From assembly GCF_001194135.2 (NCBI RefSeq), contig NC_069000.1, forward strand, positions 44,258,221-44,293,322: 35,102 nucleotides of DNA, in the 5' to 3' direction. The translations under genes were made by a program, and so were the position numbers. Under the pieces are notes generated by a model. It saw nothing but the letters and a program-made list of their open reading frames with translations, ran no database searches and was not told the DNA's origin. The first letter of the stretch is position 1. Each line of letters starts with the position of its first letter. Source of the stretch: Octopus bimaculoides (lineage: Eukaryota). Shown here in pieces: positions 1 through 10,697 of the stretch.

Positions 1-295
1 GTGGGATGAGCTTATGAGGGGGTGTTGACGAGGAGGGAGAAGGGGAAGGTGGATGTAAGAGAGGGGGAAGATGGGTATGGGAGGGGAGAGGAAGAGAGGA
101 GAGAGGGTGGGTATAAGAGAGGGAAGGGGGATTGAGAGAGGGGGAAGGTGGGTATGGGGGGAGAAAGAGAGGAAGAGAAAGAGAGTGAGAGAGAGGGAAG
201 AGGGGTATGGGGGGAAGAAGAAAGGAAGAGAAAGAGAGTGAGAGAGAGGGGAAGAGAGTGAGAGAGTAAGGGTGAGAGAGTAAGAGAGTAAGAGT
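1..295 (+). repeat. G/A-rich polypurine low-complexity tract with recurring GGGTATGGGG/GAGAG motifs
   Basis: Almost only G and A; motif (GT)GGGTATGGG(G) recurs about 4 times; (GAGTAA)n near the end. Confidence 0.9.
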
Positions 296-350
296 GTATA
301 TATATATAACTACTTATCTACCTATAGAAATATATAGAAACATGTTTTAC

Positions 351-695
351 TCGACTCTGTCGGTCACATATGACCATGGGTGCACCTAAAAGGTTCCCCT
401 GTGGGGTACAAATTATCTCACTGGCACAAATGCACAACCTAGAGTTGTTTTTATGGAATACCAGCAGTCAGCCATGCATACCAACACCCGCCTCTCCACA
501 CCAAGGGAAAGGCAAAGGAGCCGATACAACTTGGCACCGGTGAAGTCACAAATCATTTCTACAGCTGAGTGAACTGGAGCAACATGAAGTAAAGTGTCTT
601 GCTCAAGAACACAACGCACAGCCCAGTCTAGGTATCAAACTCACAGCGTCCCGATCATAAGCTCAACACACTAACCACTGAGCCATACGCCTTCA
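351..695 (-). mobile_element. tRNA-derived SINE (CORE/Meta-like, CTTGAGCAAGACAC central motif)
   Basis: Minus strand reads GGCGTATGGCTCAGTGGTTAG (A box)...GTGAGTTTGATACC (B-box-like)...TTCTTGAGCAAGACACTT. The 3' end matches the fragment at 10982-11040. Confidence 0.8.
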
Positions 696-768
696 CATAG
701 AGACATAGATATACATATATTGCAAAGGTATCAATTAACGCAATCTGTATATGCATACATCTACATAC

Positions 769-834
769 CGACATAATAAAGGCTGGCATTATTTCTAAAT
801 CTTCTCCATAATTGCAATGTCCCTGATAAAAATC
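769..834 (-). CDS. Candidate 66-nt exon, unknown protein
   Basis: tttgcag|GATTTT...ATGTCG|gtatgt. Open in phase 1 (FLSGTLQLWRRFRNNASLYYV) and phase 0 (DFYQGHCNYGEDLEIMPAFIMS). No homology recognised; the donor lies in microsatellite-like sequence. Confidence 0.15.
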
Positions 835-949
835 CTGCAAACAGTGGCACCTTTAATTCTTTGCAACATCAACTGTTGAAAACATCTTGGCCTGGTGCCA
901 AGGTGTAAATGCATATACACAGACAAACACATATGTTCACTCATATATC

Positions 950-1001
950 TACATCTATCTATCTACCTATCCATCAATCTATCTATCTATCTGTCTTTCT
1001 G

Positions 1002-1032
<31 letters not shown>

Positions 1033-1061
1033 GTCTGTCTATCTATCTATCTATCTGTCTG

Positions 1062-1108
<47 letters not shown>

Positions 1109-1200
1109 GTCTGTCTATCTATCTATCTATCTGTCTGTCTGTCTGTCTGTCTGTCTATATATCTATCTATCTGTCTGTCTATCTATCTATCTATGAATCT
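950..1200 (+). repeat. (ATCT)n/(GTCT)n tetranucleotide array
   Basis: Direct reading. Confidence 0.97.
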
Positions 1201-1420
1201 GTCTATCTATATGCATACATACATCTATACACACTCATATATACATACAAACACACACACACACACACACACACACCTATATCAACAGGGGGAAGGCCGA
1301 CAGTGACTTTCAAGTTTCTTCTCCCTCTCTTTCTCTCTCTCTCTCTCTGTTTATATACATGCATACATATATAAATATATTTATGTGTATGTGTGCACTT
1401 ATGAATATCTATCCGTCTAT

Positions 1421-1481
1421 TCTTTTATCTTTTTACTTGCTTCAGTCATTTGACTTTGGCCATGCTGGAGCACCGCCTTGA
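1421..1481 (-). mobile_element. 3' tail fragment of CORE-type SINE (type-1 tail)
   Basis: Reverse complement AAGGCGGTGCTCCAGCATGGCC...CAAATGACTGAAGCAAGTAAAAAGA, shared with 11230-11290, 24975-25020 and 29240-29295. Confidence 0.85.
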
Positions 1482-1499
1482 CCTACTATCTATCTACCT

Positions 1500-1542
1500 A
1501 CTTATATGTGTGTGTGTGTATGTATGTATGTATATATGTATG

Positions 1543-1595
<53 letters not shown>

Positions 1596-1634
1596 ATATA
1601 TACATATGTACATATATATATATATGTATATATG

Positions 1635-1687
<53 letters not shown>

Positions 1688-1790
1688 ATACATCAAAGTG
1701 TATATACAGATATACATACATACATATATATATACACATACACATACAACACACATACTCATACAACACACAAACACAACACATACATCC
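1500..1790. repeat. Compound (TA)n/(TG)n/(CA)n microsatellite
   Basis: Direct reading. Confidence 0.97.
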
Positions 1791-2388
1791 AACACCTTAC
1801 ACACTCCTTTACACACTCATGCACTTGTGCCTTACTCATAATTAATGTGTTTACGCATTTATCTCTCACATATTTCAGTAGTCATTCATTAATCATGGGA
1901 CAACCGTGATTTTTTTTGTAGTGGTGGCCATGGTCGTGATGCTGCTGTTGCTAGTGGCAGTAGTGGTGGTCATGTTGCAGGTGGTGATAATGGTCTTGGC
2001 GGCAGTGGTTTTTTTTTAATCATCGTCATGGTGAACGGAAATCATTATCTTTATCAACACCATCGTTGTTACCATTAATCATCATCATCATGTATGTGTG
2101 TGCATATATATACACATGCATGTGTGCACACACCACACACACACACACACACACATAGGTATATTTTGGTATATAAACACTGCTTCCGTGCCAGTGACAT
2201 GTAAAGGGTACCCAGTAGACTCTGATGGGTGGTTGGTATGTATGTATATAGGAATATATATATGTATATATGTATGAATGTGTGTGCATATATATATATA
2301 TATATATATAGTTTTAGGGAAAAGAACCAAGGTTTATAAATTGATTTTAATTGAGTTTTTACCTGTAATTTCGGATTTTGTCCCTAAT

Positions 2389-2484
<96 letters not shown>

Positions 2485-2689
2485 NNNNNNNNNNNNNNNN
2501 NNNNNNNNNNNNNNNNNNNNNNNNNNNNNNNNNNNNNNNNNNNNNNNNNNNNNNNNNNNNNNNNNNNNNNNNNNNNNNNNNNNNNNNNNNNNNNNNNNNN
2601 NNNNNNNNNNNNNNNNNNNNNNNNNNNNNNNNNNNNNNNNNNNNNNNNNNNNNNNNNNNNNNNNNNNNNNNNNNNNNNNNNNNNNNNNN
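2485..2689. other. Assembly gap
   Basis: N run flanked by (TA)n. Confidence 1.
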
Positions 2690-3157
2690 ATATATATATA
2701 TATATATATATACACCCATATATAGAGAGATATAAGAATAGATAGACAGAAAGACAGACAGGCAACCAGACATACAGGTAAACAGACAGACAGGCAGGCA
2801 GACAGATAGATCGGGAGGTAGAGAGACTGATACACACTCACAACACATATGTACGTACATATATATATATATACACATGCACATTTGTAGTTGTGTGTGT
2901 GTGTGTGGAGTATGTGTATGGTCATCGCTGTTCTGTATCACACCACAACACAGTAACTTCACAACGACACCTAGCAACACATAAGTATATCAATAGGAAG
3001 AGGGTTAACAATGCAGTTGGGTTGGGGGGGCGAAGAAAAGGATGTAGAGGGACAAGGAATACGAGACATGAGGGTGGGTTGGGGGTAGAACTGGAGTGGA
3101 ACTAAGCTTGACATCTCTGTAATTACATCTCCCAAACACAAAGGCACTCATATTTAC

Positions 3158-3286
3158 TAGCGCTACATGTTATTGTATGTGTCGTTATTTCACTATTGCC
3201 GTCCAAGTAATTAACCATCTTGATTAAGATAACGAATGAACTAATCAGTTTCTTATAGGCCTCGGGGGTTTCAAATGTAACATTTT
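3158..3286 (-). CDS. Candidate 129-nt symmetric phase-1 exon, unknown protein
   Basis: catag|AA AAT GTT...AGC GCT A|gtaaat. Only one frame is open: ENVTFETPEAYKKLISSFVILIKMVNYLDGNSEITTHTITCSA. Non-repetitive island; no homology recognised. Confidence 0.3.
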
Positions 3287-3315
3287 CTATGTATACACAA
3301 GCTGACACATGTACC

Positions 3316-3346
<31 letters not shown>

Positions 3347-3525
3347 CATGTGTGTGTGTCATATATAAGTGTGTGCACTTGTATGAAGTGTGTGCACATG
3401 TGTATGCAGTAACAGTTTGTTGTCAAAATTGTTTGAGCATTAGATGGAATACATAATGGCTTGTAACCTCTGCATTCCAAGTTCAAATCTGATTCAAATT
3501 AAGTTTACCTAACACCCTCCCAAGT

Positions 3526-3781
3526 GGAGGTACATGGCTTAGTGGTTAGGGCATTGCACTCATGATTGTAAGATTATGGTTTTGATTCCTGGACCGGACG
3601 ATGCATTGTGTTCTTGAGCAAGACACTTCATTTCACGTTGCTCCAGTCCACTCATCTGGCATGTATGAGCAACCCTGCAACAGACCGGTGTCTCGTCCAG
3701 GTGGGAAATATATACACCATTGGAACTGGGAAACCAAGAAACTGGCCCTTATGAGCCAACATGACTCAAGAAGGCAGCTTT
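3526..3781 (+). mobile_element. tRNA-derived SINE (CTTGAGCAAGACAC family)
   Basis: A box TGGCTTAGTGG at 3535-3545, B-box-like GGTTTTGATTCC, central TTCTTGAGCAAGACACTTCATTTCACGTTGCTCCAGTCCACTCA shared with 351-695. Confidence 0.85.
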
Positions 3782-4068
3782 GACCCTTTTTGTTCTAAAC
3801 CCAAATTCAATGCAAAGAGTAGCAGTCGAAAACGATAATTTACCAGAATGTTAAAGCATCAGATGAAAAGTCATGAGATATTTGTGTTTTTTGCATATAC
3901 ACGCATACATAGGCTTGCAATTACATATGCATACATGCATATATAAACACACATACATAAATACATATATGCGTATCACCTCCAAACATACAAACACATA
4001 CATATATACATACATACAAGTATAGCATTCATACATGTATAACATACATACATATGCTCAAGTATGTG

Positions 4069-4108
<40 letters not shown>

Positions 4109-4118
4109 NNNNNNNNNN
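4109..4118. other. Assembly gap (10 N) inside (TA)n
   Basis: N run. Confidence 1.
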
Positions 4119-4161
<43 letters not shown>

Positions 4162-4350
4162 TTATGCACACACACGCATATATATATATATATATGCTCA
4201 CATATACAAACATACATGTACATATACAAACATACATGCATAGTCATACACATAGATACAAACATATACATTCGTACATATATACATAAATATAATGATA
4301 TACATATACATAACATACAGGTATACATATATGCATAACACACACAGAAA

Positions 4351-4399
<49 letters not shown>

Positions 4400-4758
4400 A
4401 TAGATGATAAGCAAACATATACATATGTAACATAGAAATGTATACATAACACATATGCATTCATTCATACATACATAAAAGACAGACATACAAACATACA
4501 CACATAAACAAGTATATATACATATATACATACAGGTATACAGGATACAGCCATAAATACAAGTGAACCTACATACAAATCTACCGGTACACAGCCATAC
4601 AGCCATATAGGTATATACAAACAAATATACATACATACAAACCTGCAGATATACATATATGTATATACAAGCAAATTATACATACAAATATATAAGCATA
4701 CATCCCATACATACATACATACATACATACATACATGCATGCATGCATACATACGTAC

Positions 4759-4888
4759 AATCAATAAACTAATTTCAAATTCTTCCCAAAATCCTATCCC
4801 AGAAGGCACCATAAATAATATAACACAAATTACACAGCTGAAATAGCTAACTTGATAAAAACCAGAGACAGTTTGATACATGACAAAC
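4759..4888 (-). CDS. Candidate 130-nt exon (hydrophobic peptide)
   Basis: ctgtag|G TTT GTC...TTG ATT|gtacgt. Single open frame FVMYQTVSGFYQVSYFSCVICVILFMVPSGIGFWEEFEISLLI (phase 2 to 0). No homology recognised. Confidence 0.2.
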
Positions 4889-4969
4889 CTACAGCACACA
4901 CACAACGTAAATATAATCAGTAGTTAGAAATGAAACCAGGAATTAATGGAGAAAATAGCCTTTAGAAAG

Positions 4970-5130
4970 TAATCGTATGGCAAAAAGTGTAGGGAGTTTT
5001 GCTTTGGAAATGAATAGTTGTGGTTTCCATTCCACTTTAGGCAAGTGTTTGTCTTTCTGATGGCTTTGAGTCAATCAATGTCTTTTGAAAGAAGTTATTT
5101 GGTTGACAGAAACTGAAGAAAATCCTTTTG
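4970..5130 (+). mobile_element. Highly degenerate CORE-type SINE head
   Basis: TTTAGGCAAGTGT...TTTGGTTGACAGAAACTGAAGAAAATCC resembles the head at 17996-18160. Confidence 0.6.
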
Positions 5131-5328
5131 TGTGTGTGTGCAAACAGATAGATAAATCGATAGATGGATAGATATGAAACCGGTTAGTTAAGTGTATTAA
5201 TATTAATATACATATATTTGCTTATACACTCTCAGTGTATTTTCAACTTTATTTATTTTATATAAATGTGTATGTGTGTGTGCATACATATGTACATACT
5301 CACATACACACACATGTATATATATATA

Positions 5329-5898
5329 TCAGGTCATCCCATAAGTTCTGTCCGATTTTACCTTATTTAAAATTTAAATAGTATTTTAGAATGTCCAATG
5401 GAATTTAAAATTATTTTTATGCATTTGTGTACATTTAAACTAATTAAATATTACTTTACAGAATAATAGAATTAAAAATTCTTTGATTAAAACCCTTTCT
5501 AGCATGGAAGTATCCAAAGAATATTTGAGGCACATAATGCTTTAGGAGTACAAAAATAGAAAACCTGCAGCCGAAGCGACTCGAAACATACACTCAGTTT
5601 ATGGAAAGAATGCTTAGATGAAAGAACTTGCAGAAGATGGTTTGCAAAATTCTAAAGTGGAGATTTCAGCCTTGAAGATGAAGATCGAACAGGATGTCCA
5701 GTTGCGTTTGATGATAAGCCCTTTGAGGTATTAATTGAAGAAAATCCTGCTTTATCAGTTGAAGAATTGGCAATAAAGCTTAGTTCAAACCATAGAACTG
5801 TTCATCGTCATCTTCAACAACTTGGAAAGGTTCCTAAACTTGGAAAATGGGGGCCTCATGAATTGTCCGAAAGCAACCGCAAATCCCAAGTTGACATC
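5329..5898 (+). mobile_element. Mariner DNA transposon relic, 5' half
   Basis: TA then TIR-like TCAGGTCATCCCATAAGTTCTGTCCG; contains a decayed transposase N-terminus; 3'-truncated. Confidence 0.92.
5504..5898 (+). pseudogene. Mariner transposase N-terminal HTH region, with stops and a frameshift
   Basis: MEVSKEYLRHIML*EYKNRKPAAEATRNIHSVYGK / ECLDERTCRRWFAKF*SGDFSLEDEDRTG...ELAIKLSSNHRTVHRHLQQLGKVPKLGKWGPHEL. Matches the mariner motifs RWF..F..G...LED..R.G and WVPHEL. Confidence 0.92.
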
Positions 5899-6344
5899 AA
5901 CACTGACAGGGTTACCAAGTAACATGCAAGACAAAGATCCTTTGAGAGGGGAGGGTGGGCCCTCCCCTCTGTTAAGTCAGGGGTCAAATCTGGGATAAAC
6001 AACAATAAGAACAATAACAAAAAAAAACAAACCAACAAGCTTGAGTTGACATGAAGCTATATTAAAAGACCCGTGTTCTACATGCCTCACAATAGGATTG
6101 AACCTGAGATCCAGTGATTGCAAAGTAAATGTCTTAAACATTTGACCATACTACGATATGTATAAAGAATGTGTAATGCCAATGACAATGGCAATTACCC
6201 CGCTGGGCCAACAGTAACGATGCAGCCATAACGAGGACCATCACCACCTTCACCACCACCACCACCACCGCCGCCGCCGCCGCCACTACCACCATCACTG
6301 CCACTGCCAACACCACCGCCACCACTGCAACCATCTACAACACC

Positions 6345-6555
6345 AGCTTGAACCAAGTAGCTTCTACATGGTCACTCAGTCAGCTAGAAACAGCAGTTAA
6401 CTCACATCCTACCATCTTCAGTAAAGACAGCGTGATCCTAGATTCCCTGTCCACAAAGGAAAGGTGCAATGGTCATGGCTGGAATGTTTTTAATCCCATA
6501 TCTACTCAGTCCGGATTGACCTGGCACTAAACAACAACAACAGCAACAACAACAT
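6345..6555 (+). mobile_element. Retroposon 3' fragment ending in (AAC)n
   Basis: ...GGTCATGGCTGGAATG...GACCTGGCACTAAACAACAACAACAGCAAC; simple-repeat tail typical of LINE/SINE 3' ends; family assigned from memory only. Confidence 0.5.
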
Positions 6556-6638
6556 ACACTGCAGTATTACTAATTCTGCATTGCCTATCCCATCAGGTTT
6601 TGAAGTTAGTCAATGTTTGCACACACACACACACTCGC

Positions 6639-6698
<60 letters not shown>

Positions 6699-6769
6699 GA
6701 TATATCATTCGCATTTTCTTTTCGGTTTCAGTCATAGCAACAAGCTTGATTATAGTTTCGTTATCTTTG

Positions 6770-6958
6770 TAATTCATTATTATTATTATTATTATTATCA
6801 TGAAATCATCATCATCATCATCATTTTTATTATATTGTTATCAGTTGTAGTAGTAACAACAGCAGCAGCAGTTTTATCCCAATAATTTTCAATAGATTCA
6901 CCATCATCATCAGCCTCCTCCTCATCATCATCCATTTAATTGTTGTTGTTGTTGTTGT

Positions 6959-7000
<42 letters not shown>

Positions 7001-7005
7001 AAGTG

Positions 7006-7059
<54 letters not shown>

Positions 7060-7190
7060 ATAGTAGTAGTAGTAGCAGCAGCAGCAAAAGCAGTAGTTTT
7101 ATCCCCACTTTTTCAATGGTCTTGTCGTCACCCTCATCACCATCATCATTATCCTCGCCATCATCATCATCATCATCTTTGGTATTATCC
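6770..7190. repeat. Compound trinucleotide array (TAT/CAT/TAG/CAG/TGT) with a duplicated spacer
   Basis: Direct reading; the GTTTTATCCC...TTTTCAAT spacer occurs twice. Confidence 0.95.
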
Positions 7191-7249
7191 TAGCAAAGGA
7201 ATATTTGATTCAATATATATATATATAAACCAGCCAAAACATCATTGAA

Positions 7250-7650
7250 CACACAGTAACCAGCTGCCGCTACAGGGCAGTTTTCTAACCAGCAAAATCT
7301 TATTCCACTTATGTCTCTCCACATAAGAAAATATATATGTGTGTACATATATATATATGAATATACATATATATATGTGTGCGTGTGTATATATCTTTGG
7401 CCACCATTATGGTTTGCAATGATTCAGCAGATTTTAAGAGGACAAAAATATAGCAAAAACTACATAAAATGAAGAGAGAAAAAATGAAGGATTGGTGAAT
7501 TTATAGTGTAGGAGAATATTGGAGGGGAAAAAATAAATGGAGAAAAAGATAAGATGTCTAAAAATGAGATTGTATGTAAGAAAGAAGATGCTGTTGAAAG
7601 ACTGGCTGGAGGGAGACACAAAATGTATATAGATGGATAGATGGATAGAT
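7250..7650 (+). repeat. Unclassified ~300-400-bp repeat family, copy 1
   Basis: GGCAGTTTT...AAATCTTAT, GGCCACCATTATGGTTTGCAATGATTCAGCA (7399-7429), AAATAAATGGAGAAA and TGTAAGAAAGAAGATG, collinear with copies 2-4. Confidence 0.7.
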
Positions 7651-7769
7651 AAATATAAAGATAGATGGATAGATAGATAGATAGATAGATAGATAGACAG
7701 ACAAACAGACAGACCGACATATAGATAGATAGATACAGTGTGTTGGTGTTGAATAGATAGATTGGTATA

Positions 7770-8787
7770 TGAGGTCTGATCAAATGCATTAGGACTGTTG
7801 CTATGGTAATGGTACTAAAGTACACAGTGTGAAACTGGTCGGCACAGATTGACCTTCAGTTCTGTCGCACATCCACACCAAGTTACAATGTTCTCGTCCA
7901 CGTCCGTTGTTTATAGAAATGTTTGGAAGTAAAGTGTGGAGAATATAATCTTTTCTAAAAGGAAATTGCATTTCAGGTGTGCAGGACGATGAAAACATTT
8001 TCAAAACGGTGATAACAGATGATGAATCTTGAGTCTGTGGGTATGACCCCAGAACCAAGGTTGAATTTTCCCAGTGGAAGAACCCCAACAAGATTTCAAG
8101 ATGTTGAGGAAATCCAAGAGAATGCAACAAGGCAGCTGCTCATTATCCCAAGAAACGAAGTTCCAGGAATGCTTCTATCAATGAAAACAATGCTGGATAA
8201 ATGTGTGTGGTTTCAGAAAAGGATTTGAAGGAGATTAACCCTTTTATTACTATATTTCTGTTGAGATGCTCTGTGTTTCTTTCAATTAATTTTAAATATA
8301 ACAAAGAATTTAGTAAAATAATTTAGTTACCATTAAGCCAGTGTTAGGAACATAAATTGTGACTAATGTTTGTTAGAAGATTTTTATCAAGAACTTTTAA
8401 AAACAAGACATTTGTACTTAGAGCCAGAAGTGGTTTCAACCAGGTTGTTATCAAAAGGGTTAAGAATTGTTTCTCTATTATATATTTTAACCCTTTTGTT
8501 ACCAGATTTCTGTTGAGATGTTCTGTGTTTCTTTCAATTAATTTTAAATATAACAAAGAATTTAGTAAAATAACTTAGTTATCATTAAGTTAGTGTTAGG
8601 AACATAAACTGTGACTAAGGTTTGGTAGAAAATTTTAATTCAGAACTTTTGAAAACAAGACATTTCTACTACAGAGCCTGAAGCAGTTTTAGCTGGGTTG
8701 GTATCAAAAGTGCTAAATGCCAAATTAATATGTGTTGTAGTTCTCTTTTGATAGCATCAGATGCAATACTATTTTGATCAGACCTCG
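7770..8787 (+). mobile_element. Internally deleted mariner element with both TIRs and TA target-site duplication
   Basis: TA|TGAGGTCTGATCAAA ... TTTGATCAGACCTCG|TA (14/15 inverted match). Remnants DENIFKTVITDDES*VCGYDPRTKVEFSQWK (cf. ITGDESWVYGYDPETK..S.QW) and a decayed C-terminus ending GAA GGA GAT TAA (EGD*). Confidence 0.93.
8235..8716. mobile_element. piggyBac-like MITE tandem dimer nested in the mariner
   Basis: TTAA-CCCTTTT...AAAAGGG-TTAA (8235-8463), 23-nt spacer, then TTAA-CCCTTTT...AAAAGTG-CTAA (8487-8716). TTAA plus CCC termini are piggyBac hallmarks. Confidence 0.85.
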
Positions 8788-8789
8788 TA

Positions 8790-9180
8790 GTGTGTCGATT
8801 CTGGTTGGATTGACATATACGGTGCGTAGATGTTGACTGGACAGATAGACACAGTGCATAGATATTGACCATAAGATATAGATACAGTTTGCAGATATTG
8901 ACTGTGTATATTGATATAGTATGTAGGTGTTGGCTGGATAGGTACATACATACAGTCTATGGATGTCAACTGGAAAGAGAGACACGATGTGTAAATGTTG
9001 ACTCATCATCATCGTTTAACATCCTCTTTCCATGCTGGCATGGGTTGGACAGTTTGACAGGAGCCACCCAGACAGAAGACTGCACCAGGCTTCAGTGCCT
9101 GTTTTGGCAAAATATAGTGTGCAGATATTGACTGGAAAGATAGACACTGTGTGTAGGTGTTAATTAGACAGGGAGACACA
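8790..9180 (+). repeat. Degenerate ~32-bp minisatellite (GTGCATAGATATTGACTGGACAGATAGACACA-like), about 9 units
   Basis: Recurring (A/G)GAT(A/G)TTGACTGG...GATAGACACA; interrupted at about 9004-9105. Confidence 0.8.
9004..9105 (-). mobile_element. 3' end of RTE-like (GAT)n-tailed retroposon
   Basis: CATCATCATCGTTTAACATCCTCTTTCCATGCTGGCATGGGTTGGAC is the reverse complement of the tail at 12395-12436. Confidence 0.85.
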
Positions 9181-9320
9181 TCCCCATTTTGTTGACCTCC
9201 GAAGGGATGAAAGATAAGGCTGACTTCGGTGGAATTTGAACTCAGATTGTCAAGGCAGATAAAATGCCACTGGGCATTTCAACCAGCGTGCTAACAGTTC
9301 TGCCACCTTGCTGCCTTATA
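9180..9320 (-). mobile_element. tRNA-derived SINE (TTTGCCTTTCATCCTTTCGGGG family)
   Basis: GAAGGGATGAAAGATAAGGCTGACTTCGGTGGAATTTGAACTCAG...GCTAACAGTTCTGCCACCTTGCTGCCTTA; matches 9486-9700 and 25692-25880. Confidence 0.8.
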
Positions 9321-9485
9321 ACTACTACTAATAATAATAACAATAATAAAAAAAATTTTCCATAGGCATGAAGACTATTTCATTATGCTGACCTCAATAT
9401 TCAAATGGTGCTTTGTTTTATCAATTCTAAAAAAAAATAAAAGACTGAGTTGACATCAGATTTCATTCTTACATACTTTACTATT

Positions 9486-9700
9486 AAGGCAGTGAGCTGG
9501 TGGAGTCATTGGCGCACTGGGTGAAATGCTTAATGGTATTTCACCCATTGCTACGTTCTGGGTTCGAATTCCTCTAAGGTTGACTTTGCCTTTCATCCTT
9601 TTGGGGTTGATAGATTACTTGTGGCATTCTAGATTCAAATCCTACTGTAATCAACTCTTTCGTTCATCCTGGGTCGTTGAAATAAAGTACCAATCAAGTA
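9486..9700 (+). mobile_element. tRNA-derived SINE (same family) with partial internal duplication
   Basis: TAAGGCAGTGAGCTGG...GGGTTCGAATTCC (B box)...GACTTTGCCTTTCATCCTTTTGGGGTTGATA. Confidence 0.85.
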
Positions 9701-9779
9701 TGGATGTTTATAATCTCATAATGCATATATTTTAAATGTGAATGGTTTCATAGCATAAAAGGAGAGTGAACAAGCATCG

Positions 9780-10090
9780 GACATTCAATGATACATCAGC
9801 TCTGCAGCCGACAAATCTTATCTTCTTGCATTGATGTCATTATGTATGGAGACACACATACAACGGCCATCTTTGTTTGCAATGATTCAGCAAATTTGAA
9901 AAGAGACAGAAATTAAAAAAGTAATGACAGGAAAGGATTTGAGAGTTAGAAATTGAAGAGAAGAATAGAAATGGAAAAAGAAAAAAAATGATAGATGAAT
10001 TGTTTGAAGACAATGAGAGATTGTTAAGAAGCAAGACACAGTGGGCTGATGTCATGCTGAATAGACAGACGGAGTACGTAGATGCTGATT
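9780..10090 (+). repeat. Unclassified repeat family, copy 2
   Basis: TGCAGCCGACAAATCTTAT...CATTGATGTCA...GGCCATCTTTGTTTGCAATGATTCAGCA (9865-9892), then an AG-rich body. Confidence 0.7.
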
Positions 10091-10167
10091 TGCGTAGTCT
10101 TATGCAGTGTGTGAGATGCTGACAGTTGGGAAGACAAGACATAATGTGTGGATTATTAATTAAATGT

Positions 10168-10330
10168 TATCGTTGTGGTTGAGAAGTTTGCTTCCCAAAC
10201 ATGTGGCTCCAGGTTCAGTCCCACTGTGTGGCACTTTGGACAAACATTTTCTAATATTTGCAATAGACCAACAAAAATCTTGTGAGTGGATTTGGTAGAA
10301 GGAAACTGAAAGAAGCCCATTGTAGATGTG
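10168..10330 (+). mobile_element. CORE-type SINE head (OR-like)
   Basis: GAAGTTTGCTTCCCAAAC...GGTTCAGTCCCACTGTGTGGCACTTTGGACAA...TGTGAGTGGATTTGGTAGAAGGAAACTGAAAGAAGCCC. Confidence 0.85.
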
Positions 10331-10342
10331 TACGTGTGTGTT

Positions 10343-10627
10343 GAAGGAATGTGGCCTACTGGTTAGCGTATTGCACTCGTGATCGCTAGGTTGTCAGTTC
10401 TATTACCAAATTGAATGGCACATTGTGCCCTTGAGCAAATTTGCATTGCTCCAGTCCACTCAACGGTAAATGGTCAACCCTGTGATGGAATAGCCATCTT
10501 ATTGGGGTGAATGTTGGCCTGACCACCTGGCCAGCGAAGTGGCATCACCAGAAAGCTAAAACAATGTGAACCACATTGTGATTAACAATGTATAACAACA
10601 TCCGATAGTCTGGACGATCATGTGATC
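10343..10627 (+). mobile_element. tRNA-derived SINE, same family as 20938-21254
   Basis: TGGCCTACTGGTTAG head, CCTTGAGCAA core; 3' part AATGTTGGCCTG...AAAGCTAAAA...CATTGTGAT...ATAGTCTGG is collinear with the reverse complement of 20938-21060. Confidence 0.8.
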
Positions 10628-10697
10628 ATGTGATATGTGTGTGTGTGTGTATGTATGTATGTATATATATAAATACATATATATATATATATATATA

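Noticed and set aside
769-850. EGF-like CHCLQDFYQGHC frame, and LWRR..LYYV resembling the pre-M1 region of Cys-loop (chemotactile) receptors
   Set aside because: The matches are short and in different frames, the Gly spacing is off, and there are no supporting Cys-loop or M1-M4 exons; likely chance.
3526-3600. tRNA gene-like A/B boxes (also at about 620-695, 9490, 10345 and 24595)
   Set aside because: They continue into SINE core sequence and lack a full cloverleaf, so they are SINE heads, not tRNA genes.
8344-8578. Near-identical 70-aa ORFs here and at 25999-26248 suggesting a duplicated small gene
   Set aside because: They lie across the MITE dimer junction; the identity reflects the repeat.
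8790-9180. CRISPR-like 32-bp periodicity
   Set aside because: The units are contiguous and degenerate with no unique spacers; the context is eukaryotic with no cas genes.
9949-10090. Charged, protein-like plus-strand frame EIEEKNRNGKRKKMIDELFEDNERLLRSKTQW with a gtgag donor
   Set aside because: It lies in the AG-rich body of the unclassified repeat, the frame is not conserved in the other copies, and there are stops just upstream.
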